DNA from: Candidatus Aminicenantes bacterium
Lineage (GTDB): Bacteria; Acidobacteriota; Aminicenantia; Aminicenantales; JAFGBC01
Length of the DNA: 64,000 nucleotides
Direction: 5' to 3'
Assembly: GCA_963702005.1 (NCBI GenBank)
Contig: OY969696.1
Span: 4,192,001 to 4,256,000 of the forward strand
Shown: positions 1-9,361 of the stretch, piece after piece
Layout: the number at the start of each line of letters is the position of its first letter
How positions within the stretch are numbered: position 1 is the stretch's first letter
Notes under the pieces: generated by a model
What the model was told of the DNA's origin: nothing
Database searches by the model: none
Seen by the model: only the letters and a program-made list of their open reading frames with translations
Translations under genes and position numbers: made by a program

Positions 1-803
1 CCTAGGCCGTCGTCGTCCGTCCAGAGCTGAAGCTCGCGCATCCCGGGCGTGTCGATGAGCAAAGCCCCGTTGGGAAGAGCGACGAGCTCGCGGGCCGTCG
101 TCGTGTGCCTGCCCCGGCCGTCGCCATCGATGACGGGAGCGGTCCGAAGACGCTCCTCTCCGAGGAGGCGGTTGATCAGCGTCGACTTTCCCACGCCCGA
201 AGATCCCAGGAGGGCCACCGTCTTCCGGGGGATAAGGTAAGGTTGAAGGGACTCCAAACGGCCACCGGCAACGGCGCTCGTCGCGACGACCGGCGTCCCG
301 GGCGCGATCTTTTCCACTTCGAGGACGACGTCCTCCAGGTCGCCCCGCAGGTCGGCTTTGTTGAGCACGACGACCGGCGAGGCTCCGCTGTCCCAAGCGG
401 TCGTCAGATAGCGCTCGATGCGGCGCGGGCTGAAGTCGCCGTCGAGCCCGCTGACGAGAAACACGGTGTCGATGTTGGCCGCCACAACCTGGGCCTCGAC
501 GACATCCCCGGCGACCTTGCGTCGGAAGGCGCTGCGTCGCGGGAGGACGCCATGGATAAGCGCCGGACCGGCGACTCCCGGTTCCGCGACGACCCAATCG
601 CCGACAACGGGGTAATCGGCACGGCCGGCCGCGAGATGACGGAACCGTCCCGAGACATCGCCCGCCCATTCTCCCCCTGGGACGGCTAATATGGATCGGT
701 TCCGATGCTGCTTCACGACGCGGGCCGGGACAAGGCCCAGCTCGGCGTGGGGCGCGAATTGCGCCGCAAAATAGTCATCCCATCCGAAATCTATTAAATC
801 CAT
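1..803 (-). CDS. rsgA: Ribosome small subunit-dependent GTPase A (3' end runs off the window)
   Basis: Manual minus-strand translation from ATG 803: MDLIDFGWDDYF...YPVVGDWV...VAANIDTVFLVSGLDGDFSPRRIERYL...VVLNKADL...LLIDTPGMRELQLW. These are RsgA motifs. The ORF is absent from the track because it has no stop inside the window. Confidence 0.9.
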   Translation of the reverse strand, partial: MDLIDFGWDDYFAAQFAPHAELGLVPARVVKQHRNRSILAVPGGEWAGDVSGRFRHLAAGRADYPVVGDWVVAEPGVAGPALIHGVLPRRSAFRRKVAGDVVEAQVVAANIDTVFLVSGLDGDFSPRRIERYLTTAWDSGASPVVVLNKADLRGDLEDVVLEVEKIAPGTPVVATSAVAGGRLESLQPYLIPRKTVALLGSSGVGKSTLINRLLGEERLRTAPVIDGDGRGRHTTTARELVALPNGALLIDTPGMRELQLWTDDDGL

Positions 804-823
804 CGCCTCATAATCTCCGTCAT

Positions 824-969
824 GTCACCCGTTCGCCGACGCGAAGCCCCCCCTTTCAAAGCGGGGATGAGAAGCGAGGCTCAGGGTTAACCCTGACCAA
901 GCCCCGCCTTTGCAGTACCCATGGCTTCCATGGGTGCCGGCCTTCAGGCCGGGGAGTCGAGGGTTTGAC
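824..969 (+). repeat. Palindromic REP/PATE-like element, copy 1, with a nested ~32-bp hairpin unit at ~905-936
   Basis: CCCGTTCGCCGACG...AAGCGAGGCTCAGGGTTAACCCTGA...CCGGCCTTCAGGCCGGGGAGTCGAGGGTTTGAC matches the reverse complements at 9211-9361, 22368-22578 and 32540-32652. Confidence 0.9.
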
Positions 970-1139
970 TCGATTCTCCCGGGCCGTTGGGATAGGCAAG
1001 CGCCGAATTCCGCGCGACCGGGATAAAGATCGGAAGAGTGGATTCGATCCCGAGGAGGGACGTCGCTGCCGATGGATTAAAGCCTAGCCGCCGTGGACTT
1101 CAGATTCGAGGGCCGATGCGCCGGCATCGACCGGTATTG

Positions 1140-1168
1140 AGTATACCGGCTCCGGCCTACGTTGGCAA
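1140..1168 (-). promoter_or_regulatory. Sigma70-type promoter for rsgA
   Basis: Minus strand TTGCCA-17 bp-TATACT. Confidence 0.6.
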
Positions 1169-1192
1169 GGATTTTTCAGGATGTCGACCGGG

Positions 1193-1471
1193 TCAACCGC
1201 CGATGAGGAAGGGGAGGATGGCAACAGAGTCGCCCGCGGCAAGAGGCGTAGCGAGCCCCTGCAGCGATAGGACATTCATGCCGCCCTTCATCACTATAAC
1301 CTGGGGGTTGAGGGTCCCGTCCGGCTTAAAAATTTCCTTGCGGCGTTCGGGAGTATCGCAGAGCGCCTCGAGCAGGTCCGCGATCCGCGCAGGCTCGGCG
1401 AGTTCGACGTCTTTTTCTTTCGCGCCAAAAAGCGGTTTCAGCTGGGCCAGAAACCGGACGCGAACCGTCAT
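1193..1471 (-). CDS. MoaD/ThiS-family sulfur carrier protein
   Basis: MTVRVRFLAQLK...GDSVAILPFLIGG, ending in GG. Start overlaps the moeB stop (ATGA). Confidence 0.85.
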   Translation of the reverse strand: MTVRVRFLAQLKPLFGAKEKDVELAEPARIADLLEALCDTPERRKEIFKPDGTLNPQVIVMKGGMNVLSLQGLATPLAAGDSVAILPFLIGG

Positions 1472-2235
1472 TTCGACCTCCCCGCCCCCTCCGCTCCCCT
1501 GCCGCCGCAGACCGGACAATTCGGGTTCCGCTTGACCTCGACTTCGTCCCAGGAGGCCAGACGGCCGTCCCAAAACAGGAGCCGTCCCGCCGCCAGGGTC
1601 TCGATCCCAGCCAGCAACTTGACGACTTCCCCGGCCTGGATGGAACCGACAACGCCGCAGGTAACCCCGAGGATCGGGAAACCGGACCGGGCCGGGACCG
1701 GGGGGAAAACGCATTTGAGGCAGGCCGTCTTTCCCGGAAGGACGGTCATGACCTGGCCGCTCATGTCGATGACGGCGCCGTGGACGAGCGGAATCCCGCG
1801 CCCGACCGCCGCCTCGTTGAGGACGAAGCGCGTCTCGAAATTGTCCAGGGCGTCCACGGCCGCGTCGCACCCTTCCAGAAGACCCGAGGCGTTCGCGGGC
1901 TCGATCCGCCCCCGAACGGCCTCGATCCGGACGTAAGGATTCATGTTCCGGACCCGGAGCCCGGCGCGGACCGCCTTGGGCTTCCCCTCGTCGAGCTCCG
2001 TGTACAGAACCTGGCGGTTGAGGTTGTCCAGCTTGACGATATCCTGGTCGTAGACGCGAATGGTCCCGACGCCGGCGGCCGCCAAGTAAGTCAGGATCGA
2101 AGAACCCAACCCGCCCGCGCCCGCCACGAATACGGTCGCGGCCTTGAGCCGTTCCTGGCCGCCGGGCCCGAGGACTTCGTCCTGGCGCCGGTAGCGCTCC
2201 CGTTCTTTCGCCCGAAACTCGACCTTGTCTTTCAT
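1468..2235 (-). CDS. MoeB/ThiF-family adenylyltransferase
   Basis: ERYRRQ, GAGGLGS, NLNRQ, DNFETRF, CLKC and CPVC zinc motifs. Confidence 0.9.
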   Translation of the reverse strand: MKDKVEFRAKERERYRRQDEVLGPGGQERLKAATVFVAGAGGLGSSILTYLAAAGVGTIRVYDQDIVKLDNLNRQVLYTELDEGKPKAVRAGLRVRNMNPYVRIEAVRGRIEPANASGLLEGCDAAVDALDNFETRFVLNEAAVGRGIPLVHGAVIDMSGQVMTVLPGKTACLKCVFPPVPARSGFPILGVTCGVVGSIQAGEVVKLLAGIETLAAGRLLFWDGRLASWDEVEVKRNPNCPVCGGRGAEGAGRSK

Positions 2236-2753
2236 CGGGATATCTCCGCGAGGATACGCTTTTCGAAATCCGCTGCATCGAAACGGACGACTAGGGGCCG
2301 CTTTTGCAGCCGTCCCAGGAGATCCTCAAGAATGGACTCTCGCACCACGAGGAGTACACGCCGGCCCGGCTCCTCCAGCGAGGGTTCGAGCTCCGGCCAG
2401 ACGCCCTTTCCTTCGAGCTCGGCCGGCCCGACTTCGTCCACGACGAGAAAATCCCCGGGCCCGCTCTTCTTTACGATTTCGCGAGCCCGCTCCAATCCCG
2501 CCGGGACGAACCTGAAGGAGCCGACGTCCAAGCCTCGTCGCTTCTTTTCGCCGTCCGATTTCCTTCTTAACAAAGGCGCGGCCTCGCCCGTCCCGATGAC
2601 CTCGAGATCATAGCCGGTGATCCCTTCTCCGTTCCTGACACTCGGGCTCAAGTATCCGGATAAAGGCACGTGCATCGCGGCCAGTGTTTCAACAAGCGCC
2701 CGGACCCGAGTCGTCTTCCCGGCGTGCAGCGGCCCCTCAATTATTATTACCAA
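2232..2753 (-). CDS. NTPase_1/THEP1-like P-loop NTPase
   Basis: GPLHAGKTT Walker A and LVVDEVGPAE Walker B, as in the NTPase_1/DUF2478 family. Confidence 0.75.
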   Translation of the reverse strand: MVIIIEGPLHAGKTTRVRALVETLAAMHVPLSGYLSPSVRNGEGITGYDLEVIGTGEAAPLLRRKSDGEKKRRGLDVGSFRFVPAGLERAREIVKKSGPGDFLVVDEVGPAELEGKGVWPELEPSLEEPGRRVLLVVRESILEDLLGRLQKRPLVVRFDAADFEKRILAEISR

Positions 2754-2815
2754 TCTACTATCGCTTTGTATCCTTCAAATGCAGGCAACTTAGATTCAAG
2801 GTCGGCGAGGAACCA

Positions 2816-2848
2816 GGCCACGAAGAGGGTCGTCTGAGGGCCGGAGCG
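2816..2848 (+). repeat. 33-bp intergenic repeat, copy A
   Basis: GGCCAcGAAGAGGGTCGTCTGAGgGCcGGAGCG has 3 mismatches to 24391-24423. Confidence 0.65.
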
Positions 2849-2881
2849 GGCACGGTCCGCCGAGCCTCATGGCCCGAGTCC

Positions 2882-5026
2882 CTAGCGGACGACGATCTGG
2901 GCGTCCTGGGTCTCGAAGTTGATCGGCTTCCCGGTGGGCGAACTGGCCGTGACCCCCGTTACCGAGACGACCGCCTCTCCCGGCCCGAGCGCCTCGAAGA
3001 CGAGAACGGCCAAGTTGCCGGCCCCGCGGACGCCCCGCGCCGGATCGGGGCTCGAGAAGCCCAGCGTGCAGGTGCCCGATCCGTTGTCGAAGTTCGAAAG
3101 GAAAGGCGTCTTCTCTCCGAGCTGTGTTGTCAGCCCGCCCTGCTCGATGCTTTTAATCGTCACGACGCTCGAGTCGTAGCCGATGTTTACGGCCAAGGTT
3201 CCGATATCCTTCTCGGCCATGACGTTGACGCTGATCCGAAACTCCCGTTTTTGGGGAACCTCGAAGTTCGGGGGGTTGAGGAAGATCTGGTTCTGGCCCG
3301 CTTGGGCCTCCTCGGCCGCCGGGGGGGCCCCCGGCTCGCGCGGCCGCTCCGGCATCTGCCCCTGCGCATACTCCTCGGGCGCGACCTCGCCCTCGCCGCC
3401 GCCCAACCCTTCGAGCTCGACCCAGAGGGGCTTTTTATCCTCGTCGCCGATCGGGATGGCCCGGATGATATGGGGTGTGATGGTCAGGATGACGTCCGTC
3501 TGTTCGATGTTCTTTTGCGCGCTCCCGAACAAGCGGCCTAAAACCGGTATCCTGACCAGGTAGGGAATCCCCTTGAGGGATGTCCTCTCCTCGTCCCGGA
3601 GCAGCCCGGCCAGCAGGTTCGACTCGCCGTCCTTGAGGCGGAGGGTGTTCTTGACCTCGCGCGTGTTGATGATCGGGATGTCGGCGTAGCCCGTCCCGGC
3701 CAGCGAGGTGATCTTGAGGTCGATCTCGAGGGTGACCTCTTTCTCCCGGTGGACATGGGGCTTGACCTTGATGTCGATCCCGACGTCCTGGTAATCGTAA
3801 TTCGTCAGGGGCTGGGAGCTGACGCCGCCGGCCGCGATCGGCTGGAAGGTCGTCTTGATGATCGGGACCTTCTGGCCGACAACACACTTCATCTCCTCCT
3901 CGGCGATGCCGCGCATCCGAGGCTGGGCGATGACCTTCGTGTCGGCGTCCGTCTCCAGGAAATGGAGGAGGGCCGAGGGCATGCTGATGTCGAGGTTCGC
4001 CCCGGCCAGCGGCTTAAAATTCTGGAGCTTCGAGTAGTTGACGCTTTCGGCGGAGGCGTCTCCCTCATTATAGCGGACGCTGCCGTACCCCTGGGAGAGC
4101 TCGATCCCCAGCTTGGTGAGGTAAACCCGGGAGACCTCGAGGACCTCGAGGTCGACCAGGACCTCGGGCCTGGCCTTGTCCCAGAGGCGGATGAGCTTTT
4201 CGGCGAGCTGGATGACGGCCGGCGTATCCCTGATGGTCAAAGAGTTGAGGGTTTTATCGGCGATGATGTTGGGCGTCTTGTAGCTTGAGCGGAGCATGGC
4301 CAGCAGGTTGTTCTGGACGTCCTGGGCCAGGACGTTGGAGAGGTAGAAGATCTTGATAGCGTTCTCTTCGTACTGAAGCCTCTTCATCGGGTTGTCGGGA
4401 ACCACGATCAAGGTCCGGGCGTCGATGACGCGGTAAAAGTTGCGCGACGCCGTGCAGAGGAAATTCACGGCCTCCTCGAAGGTCCGGCCGCTCAAATCGA
4501 CCGTTAAGGGCGTGTCCTTGTACTGTTCGTCATAGACGACGCTGATGCCGGCCTGCTTGCCCAGGGCTTGGAAAATGTCCTTGAGCTGGGCCTCGCTGAA
4601 CTTGAGGATGAGTTTTTCGGGGCCGGCCGCGAGCTTGACGGGAGGCTCCCAGATTTCCGCCTCCGATGGCGGAGCCTTGGTCGGCTCGGCCGTCAGGTCC
4701 CGGAGCTCGCCGGCGATGATGCTGCTGGAAGGATCGAAGGCGAGGGCTTTTTTGTAGGCTTCCACCGCCTCGGCCTTCTTGCCCTGGGCGGCCAGCGCCC
4801 TCCCCGCCTGGAGATGAAACATGGAAGCCTGGATCTTGGCCCTGGCCAGGGCAACACGATAGACCGGTTCCTTGGGATTCTCGAGGGTAGCCCGTTCATA
4901 ATGGGCGATGGCCTCGTCCCAGTCCTTGATAAGCTCGGCCTGGACTCCCAGCCGATAGCTCGACGTCAGAGTCGCGCACCCCCAGAGTCCGAGGAGGACG
5001 ATCGTCACAAGCACCGCTTTTCTCAT
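2882..5026 (-). CDS. Secretin (PilQ/GspD family) with lipoprotein signal, TPR region and C-terminal cohesin-like domain
   Basis: LWGC lipobox, TPR-like helices, secretin motifs (VGQKVPI, YQDVGI, IPVLGRLF, ILTITPHII) and a C-terminal beta-sandwich. Confidence 0.85.
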   Translation of the reverse strand: MRKAVLVTIVLLGLWGCATLTSSYRLGVQAELIKDWDEAIAHYERATLENPKEPVYRVALARAKIQASMFHLQAGRALAAQGKKAEAVEAYKKALAFDPSSSIIAGELRDLTAEPTKAPPSEAEIWEPPVKLAAGPEKLILKFSEAQLKDIFQALGKQAGISVVYDEQYKDTPLTVDLSGRTFEEAVNFLCTASRNFYRVIDARTLIVVPDNPMKRLQYEENAIKIFYLSNVLAQDVQNNLLAMLRSSYKTPNIIADKTLNSLTIRDTPAVIQLAEKLIRLWDKARPEVLVDLEVLEVSRVYLTKLGIELSQGYGSVRYNEGDASAESVNYSKLQNFKPLAGANLDISMPSALLHFLETDADTKVIAQPRMRGIAEEEMKCVVGQKVPIIKTTFQPIAAGGVSSQPLTNYDYQDVGIDIKVKPHVHREKEVTLEIDLKITSLAGTGYADIPIINTREVKNTLRLKDGESNLLAGLLRDEERTSLKGIPYLVRIPVLGRLFGSAQKNIEQTDVILTITPHIIRAIPIGDEDKKPLWVELEGLGGGEGEVAPEEYAQGQMPERPREPGAPPAAEEAQAGQNQIFLNPPNFEVPQKREFRISVNVMAEKDIGTLAVNIGYDSSVVTIKSIEQGGLTTQLGEKTPFLSNFDNGSGTCTLGFSSPDPARGVRGAGNLAVLVFEALGPGEAVVSVTGVTASSPTGKPINFETQDAQIVVR

Positions 5027-5556
5027 TCCTCATCTCCTTCCAGGGGAAACGTCATCTTCACTCCATCGGGCCCGGTGAGCTCGATACTCTTCGGGGTGAT
5101 CGAGCCGACCTTGTACCAATCGGCAACGATGTCCCCGGTTTGGACGGCCAGGGCTTGCCCCTGGACGAGAGCCAAACCGATGATGGACTTCGGGGACTGT
5201 ACGAACCCGATGTATCTCAGGCTCAGCGAAGGGAGGGCCTCGTTCGCGTTCGCCGGCGTTTTTCCGCTCCGCGTCCCCGGATTCGCCCGGCCGGGCGCAC
5301 CGGAGGCCGGGATCTTCCCCGGTCCGGCCGGGATGGAGGCGACGTCCTCGCCTTCGTCTTCGGCGCTGGGGGAGAAGATGCTGCGTTTGGGCGGCACGAG
5401 CTCTTTGGCCGCCCTGAACAGGAGGTCCATGCAGACGAAGCTTTTAGGCCGGACTTCCGCGCTTTGGGTGACCGGCGGCTTATCCTGGCCGACAACGATC
5501 GCCAGGGCCGCGGCCGCCGACGCCAACAGGATCACTCCGAGCTTAGCTGCGCGCAT
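5023..5556 (-). CDS. PilP/GspC-like assembly protein
   Basis: N-terminal hydrophobic segment, LRYIG...GDIV...YKVGSI domain, and position in the operon. Confidence 0.55.
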   Translation of the reverse strand: MRAAKLGVILLASAAAALAIVVGQDKPPVTQSAEVRPKSFVCMDLLFRAAKELVPPKRSIFSPSAEDEGEDVASIPAGPGKIPASGAPGRANPGTRSGKTPANANEALPSLSLRYIGFVQSPKSIIGLALVQGQALAVQTGDIVADWYKVGSITPKSIELTGPDGVKMTFPLEGDEE

Positions 5557-6109
5557 AATACCCCGTCAACGTAATGGAGAGCGCCAAAGTCTGCCCCTTG
5601 TCGGGGGTCTTCAAGAAATCGAGCCGCTCCAGGAAAATCAACTTGGGGAACCGCTCCAGGTCGTCGAGGAACCGCTTGAGCATGAAATAGGAACAAGAAC
5701 AAGTAAAAACGACGCTGACCCGCTGAGCCTTCTCGCCGCGGACCTCTTCGTAGTTATAGGTGAACTCGGAAGGCTCGATGGCCGCCCCGCCCAGGATCTG
5801 GCGGAGGTCGGTATAGAAAGGCACTATCCCGTCCGCCTCCTGGTAGAACCAGTCGGCCCGGACCTCCTTCAAGTCGCGGAGGCCCTGCTGCCACATGAGC
5901 CAGTCCGTCTTTTTCTTTTCCCGCTCGGCGTCGACCTTCCGGTAGGCTTCCTGCCGCTTGGCGAGCTCCCGCTCGGTCCGGGCCAGGCCCGGCTTTTCGA
6001 CGACGCCGAGATAGAAAAGATAGACGAGGGCGGCCGCGAGGAGGACGCCCAGGACGGAAAGAATCCTCTTCTCCCGCCCGCTAACGAACACGCTATTTCC
6101 GCCGTTCAT
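5543..6109 (-). CDS. PilO/GspM-like protein
   Basis: SGREKRIL + TM + coiled coil + SYFMLKRFLDDLE ferredoxin-like motif. Confidence 0.7.
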   Translation of the reverse strand: MNGGNSVFVSGREKRILSVLGVLLAAALVYLFYLGVVEKPGLARTERELAKRQEAYRKVDAEREKKKTDWLMWQQGLRDLKEVRADWFYQEADGIVPFYTDLRQILGGAAIEPSEFTYNYEEVRGEKAQRVSVVFTCSCSYFMLKRFLDDLERFPKLIFLERLDFLKTPDKGQTLALSITLTGYYARS

Positions 6110-6662
6110 AGCCCACCACGATGTCGGAGACGAGAGCTCCGCCGTCGCCCCGCGCCTGACTCATGACGCGGATCTGGCCGAAGCTCAGCTTCTCCAGCTC
6201 CTTGATGAAGCGGACGAGCTCGTTGACGTCCGTCGAAGCGACTTTGAGCCTGATCTCTATGAAGGCCTTCTCGGTCGAAAGCGGGGAGAAGGACAGGATG
6301 TAGCTCGGCCCGGGCAAGGCATCCTCGAGGAGCGTCAGCAAGTTCACCCAAGAGAAGGCTTTCCGCTCGATCACCGCGTTGATGCGGTCGATGTCGGGCT
6401 TGGCAGTCTGGACGTATTTGGCGTTATCCTGGTCGTATTTGTGGATATCGGCCTTGGCCTCGGTATCGAGCCGCCCGAGCCGGGCGAGCTCGGCCCGCGC
6501 CTCGCCGATCCGCCCATGGACTCGGGCGAAGAGCCCCCCGCCGGCCGCAACCGCGAGCAGGATCCCGGCCGCGAGAAGCGCGAAGGCCAGTGTGAACAGG
6601 CGCTTGTTCCGAACGGGCTCGCTGGCCAGGTTCATACGCACGCCCCGCCTGCTCATCATCAT
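6093..6662 (-). CDS. PilN-like protein
   Basis: MNLASEP + TM + coiled coil + SWVNLLTLLEDALP. Start is coupled to the upstream stop (ATGA at 6659-6662). Confidence 0.7.
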   Translation of the reverse strand: MMMSRRGVRMNLASEPVRNKRLFTLAFALLAAGILLAVAAGGGLFARVHGRIGEARAELARLGRLDTEAKADIHKYDQDNAKYVQTAKPDIDRINAVIERKAFSWVNLLTLLEDALPGPSYILSFSPLSTEKAFIEIRLKVASTDVNELVRFIKELEKLSFGQIRVMSQARGDGGALVSDIVVGYERRK

Positions 6663-7582
6663 GGAATTTGTCCCAGCAAAGGGAGCACCATCGGGATGTC
6701 GGCCGGGGCGAGGCCGGCCAGCGCCGGGTGCGTGATCTCGAGGACGGGGATCGATAAGGCCGTCCTCAAGCCCTCCCGGATCGCTCCGGCCGGATCGGGG
6801 ACGCCCAGCCGGAGGCCCAGGGCGCGGACCTGCCTTTTCTCCCGGTCCTCGATGAAGCGGATCGTGTTCTCGATCTCCTTGGCCGCCTCCGGGATGCGGC
6901 GCGGGGATCGCCCCCCCCCGGAGACGAGCGGCTTGAGCCGGTAGAGGCTCATCTCCCCCTCGACCAGGCCGATCAAGCACAGGGACTCTTCCTCGATGTT
7001 CACGATGAGGCTGTCCCGGAACTCATCCTGGCCAGCCAGGTTGAGAAGGCTCAGGGAGGGAATCCCGACATGCCCGACCCGGAAATGGAGGCGCTCGAAG
7101 GCCACCTCATACTCGCGGACGACGGACTCTTTAATGACAACGGCTAAAACCTTGGGCGCCGGGGAGTTCAAGACTTCATAGACAAGCCTGGTATCCTCGG
7201 CCAAGAGGGGCATCTGCTTCTGGATGCGCCAGCGGATGACCTTCTCCCGCTCTTTGTCGGCGGCCGGAAGCGAGTCGAACGGCAGAAGGGCGGCCCGGAC
7301 GCACACGTCGGGAATGAGGCAGGAGACGGATTTCTCGGACAACCGGAGCCGGGCGACGGCTTCCTTGATTATGCCCCCGAGGAGGGTGGGGTCCGGAAGG
7401 TTGGGTTTGTCGAAGGAGGGGACGACGGTCCCGGGGGGGAGTGGGAAGACCGCGGCGCCGGCGATCTTGTTCTCTTTCCGCTGGTAATGAACGCCGGCCA
7501 GAGCCTTCGAGGACACCAGGATGTGCCCCTGGAGCCGGGGCGTATCCCGGAAATAGTCCAGCCAGCGTTCGGGAATCCTCAT
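6659..7582 (-). CDS. PilM-like actin-fold assembly protein
   Basis: Position between pilB and pilN; VVREYE...VG and LIVNI motifs typical of PilM-like proteins. Confidence 0.65.
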   Translation of the reverse strand: MRIPERWLDYFRDTPRLQGHILVSSKALAGVHYQRKENKIAGAAVFPLPPGTVVPSFDKPNLPDPTLLGGIIKEAVARLRLSEKSVSCLIPDVCVRAALLPFDSLPAADKEREKVIRWRIQKQMPLLAEDTRLVYEVLNSPAPKVLAVVIKESVVREYEVAFERLHFRVGHVGIPSLSLLNLAGQDEFRDSLIVNIEEESLCLIGLVEGEMSLYRLKPLVSGGGRSPRRIPEAAKEIENTIRFIEDREKRQVRALGLRLGVPDPAGAIREGLRTALSIPVLEITHPALAGLAPADIPMVLPLLGQIP

Positions 7583-7589
7583 CGCCCCC

Positions 7590-9215
7590 TCACTCGACGA
7601 AGGTCACCTTGTTGAGCTCCCGCAGGCTGGTCGTTCCCCGCAGGACCTTCTGAATCCCGACTTCGCGCAGGAAGACCATGCCCTCGGACTTGGCCTGCTT
7701 GCGGATCTCGGACAGTGGCTTCCGGACCAGGATCATTTCCCGGATCGTATCGGACAGCTCGAGGAGCTCGGCGATGGCCGTCCGGCCCTGGTAGCCGGTG
7801 TCGTGGCAGTTCGGGCAGCCCTTGGCTTCGTAGAAAACCTGGTCCCGGTAGAGGCTCGGGTCCAGGCCGGATTCGAGAAGCTGGGCTTTGCCGAGCTTGT
7901 GGGGCGTCTTGCACTTCGGGCAGAGGACCCGGACCAGGCGCTGGGCCAGGGTGCAGTTGAGGGCCGAGACGAAACTATAGGGATCGACCTGCATATGGAG
8001 GAAGCGGCCGATGACGTCGAAGACGTTGTTGGCGTGGACGGTCGTGAAGACCAGATGGCCGGTCAGGGCCGCCTGGATGGCGATCTGGGCCGTCTCCGGG
8101 TCCCGGATCTCGCCGACCATGATCTTGTCCGGATCATGGCGGAGGATCGAGCGCAGTCCCCGGACGAAGGTCAGTCCCTTTTTCTCGTTGACCGGGATCT
8201 GGGTGATCCCCTCGACCTGGTATTCGACCGGGTCCTCGATGGTGATGATCTTGTCCTCGGGGGACTTGATCTCGGTCAGGGCGGCGTAGAGGGTCGTCGT
8301 CTTGCCGCTCCCGGTCGGTCCGGTCACGAGAACCATCCCGTAGGGCTGGGTGATGTAGCGGCGGAAATGGCGGAGGACCTCGTCCGAAAACCCGAGCAGG
8401 TCGAGCCGGAGCTCGGAGATGGCCTCCGTGATCATTTCCTTATCCAGGATGCGGATGACGGCATCCTCGCCGTAGATGGAAGGCATGATCGAGACCCGGA
8501 AGTCGATCGTCTTGTCCTTGATCCGGAGCCGGAAGCGGCCGTCCTGGGGAACGCGGCGCTCGGCGATGTCCAGGTCCGACATGACCTTGACCCGGGAGAT
8601 GATCGGGGCCATGAATTTCTTGTCGATCGGCTCGAGGGCCTCGCTCAGGACCCCGTCGATCCGGTATTTGATGATCATCCGCTCGTCCTTGCTCTCAATG
8701 TGGACGTCGCTGGCCCGCTTCTGGACGGCCGTGAAGATGATCGTATTGACGAGCTTGATGATCGATCCGTCCTGGTCGGCCAGCTTCTCGATCGAGAGGA
8801 CCTCCTCCTCCTCGCCCGATTCCTTCTCGACGACCTGCATGATGAAGCCCTCGGTGGCGTCCTTGAGGACCTGGAGGGCCGTCTCGCTCCGGCGCAGGGC
8901 CTCCTGGATGGCCCGCTGGGAAGCGGCCAGGACCTGGACCTTGCGGCCCAGGAACGATTCGATGGCGTCGATCGTGGCCAGGTCCGAGGGGTCGGAGATG
9001 GCGATCTGGATGAGGTTGTCCCGCTCGCCGAGCGGGATGAAGTTCAGCCGGTAGAGGAAATCGACCGGGATGGACTGGACGAGGTCGCGGTCGACCGGAT
9101 AGCCGGCCAGGTCGATGTAGGGGACGTTGTAGCGCTCGGCGAGCTTGCGGATCTCCCGCTCCTCGGCGAATATTTCTTTGCGGGCGTCGTCCCGGCCGTC
9201 GGTTCGTTTCGTCAT
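7590..9215 (-). CDS. Type II/IV secretion assembly ATPase (PilB/GspE)
   Basis: ASDVHIE, PQDGRF, GPTGSGKTTT, LRHDPDKIMVGEIRD, CxxC zinc motifs. Start taken as MTKRTD at 9215. Confidence 0.95.
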   Translation of the reverse strand: MTKRTDGRDDARKEIFAEEREIRKLAERYNVPYIDLAGYPVDRDLVQSIPVDFLYRLNFIPLGERDNLIQIAISDPSDLATIDAIESFLGRKVQVLAASQRAIQEALRRSETALQVLKDATEGFIMQVVEKESGEEEEVLSIEKLADQDGSIIKLVNTIIFTAVQKRASDVHIESKDERMIIKYRIDGVLSEALEPIDKKFMAPIISRVKVMSDLDIAERRVPQDGRFRLRIKDKTIDFRVSIMPSIYGEDAVIRILDKEMITEAISELRLDLLGFSDEVLRHFRRYITQPYGMVLVTGPTGSGKTTTLYAALTEIKSPEDKIITIEDPVEYQVEGITQIPVNEKKGLTFVRGLRSILRHDPDKIMVGEIRDPETAQIAIQAALTGHLVFTTVHANNVFDVIGRFLHMQVDPYSFVSALNCTLAQRLVRVLCPKCKTPHKLGKAQLLESGLDPSLYRDQVFYEAKGCPNCHDTGYQGRTAIAELLELSDTIREMILVRKPLSEIRKQAKSEGMVFLREVGIQKVLRGTTSLRELNKVTFVE

Positions 9216-9361
9216 GCAAAATCCTCGACACCCAGGCCTGAAGGCCGGCACCCATGGAAGCCATGGGTACTGCAAAGGCGGGGCTCGTTCGGGATTAGCC
9301 CTGAGCCTCGCAAATCATCCCCTCCTTTAAAAGCGGAGCTTGGCGTCGGCGAATGGGTCAC
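9211..9361 (-). repeat. Palindromic REP/PATE-like element, copy 2, filling the pilC-pilB junction
   Basis: Reverse complement of the 824-969 element, including the same nested CCCATGGCTTCCATGGG hairpin. Confidence 0.85.

Noticed and set aside
1193-2753. Ubiquitin-like (E1/Ubl) anti-phage system
   Set aside because: Ordinary MoeB plus MoaD, with no E2, JAB or effector genes.
7590-9275. N-terminal extensions of PilB (MQYPWLPWVP...) and the VWA protein (55176 start)
   Set aside because: These are translations of the repeat elements. The starts were moved to 9215 and 55275.
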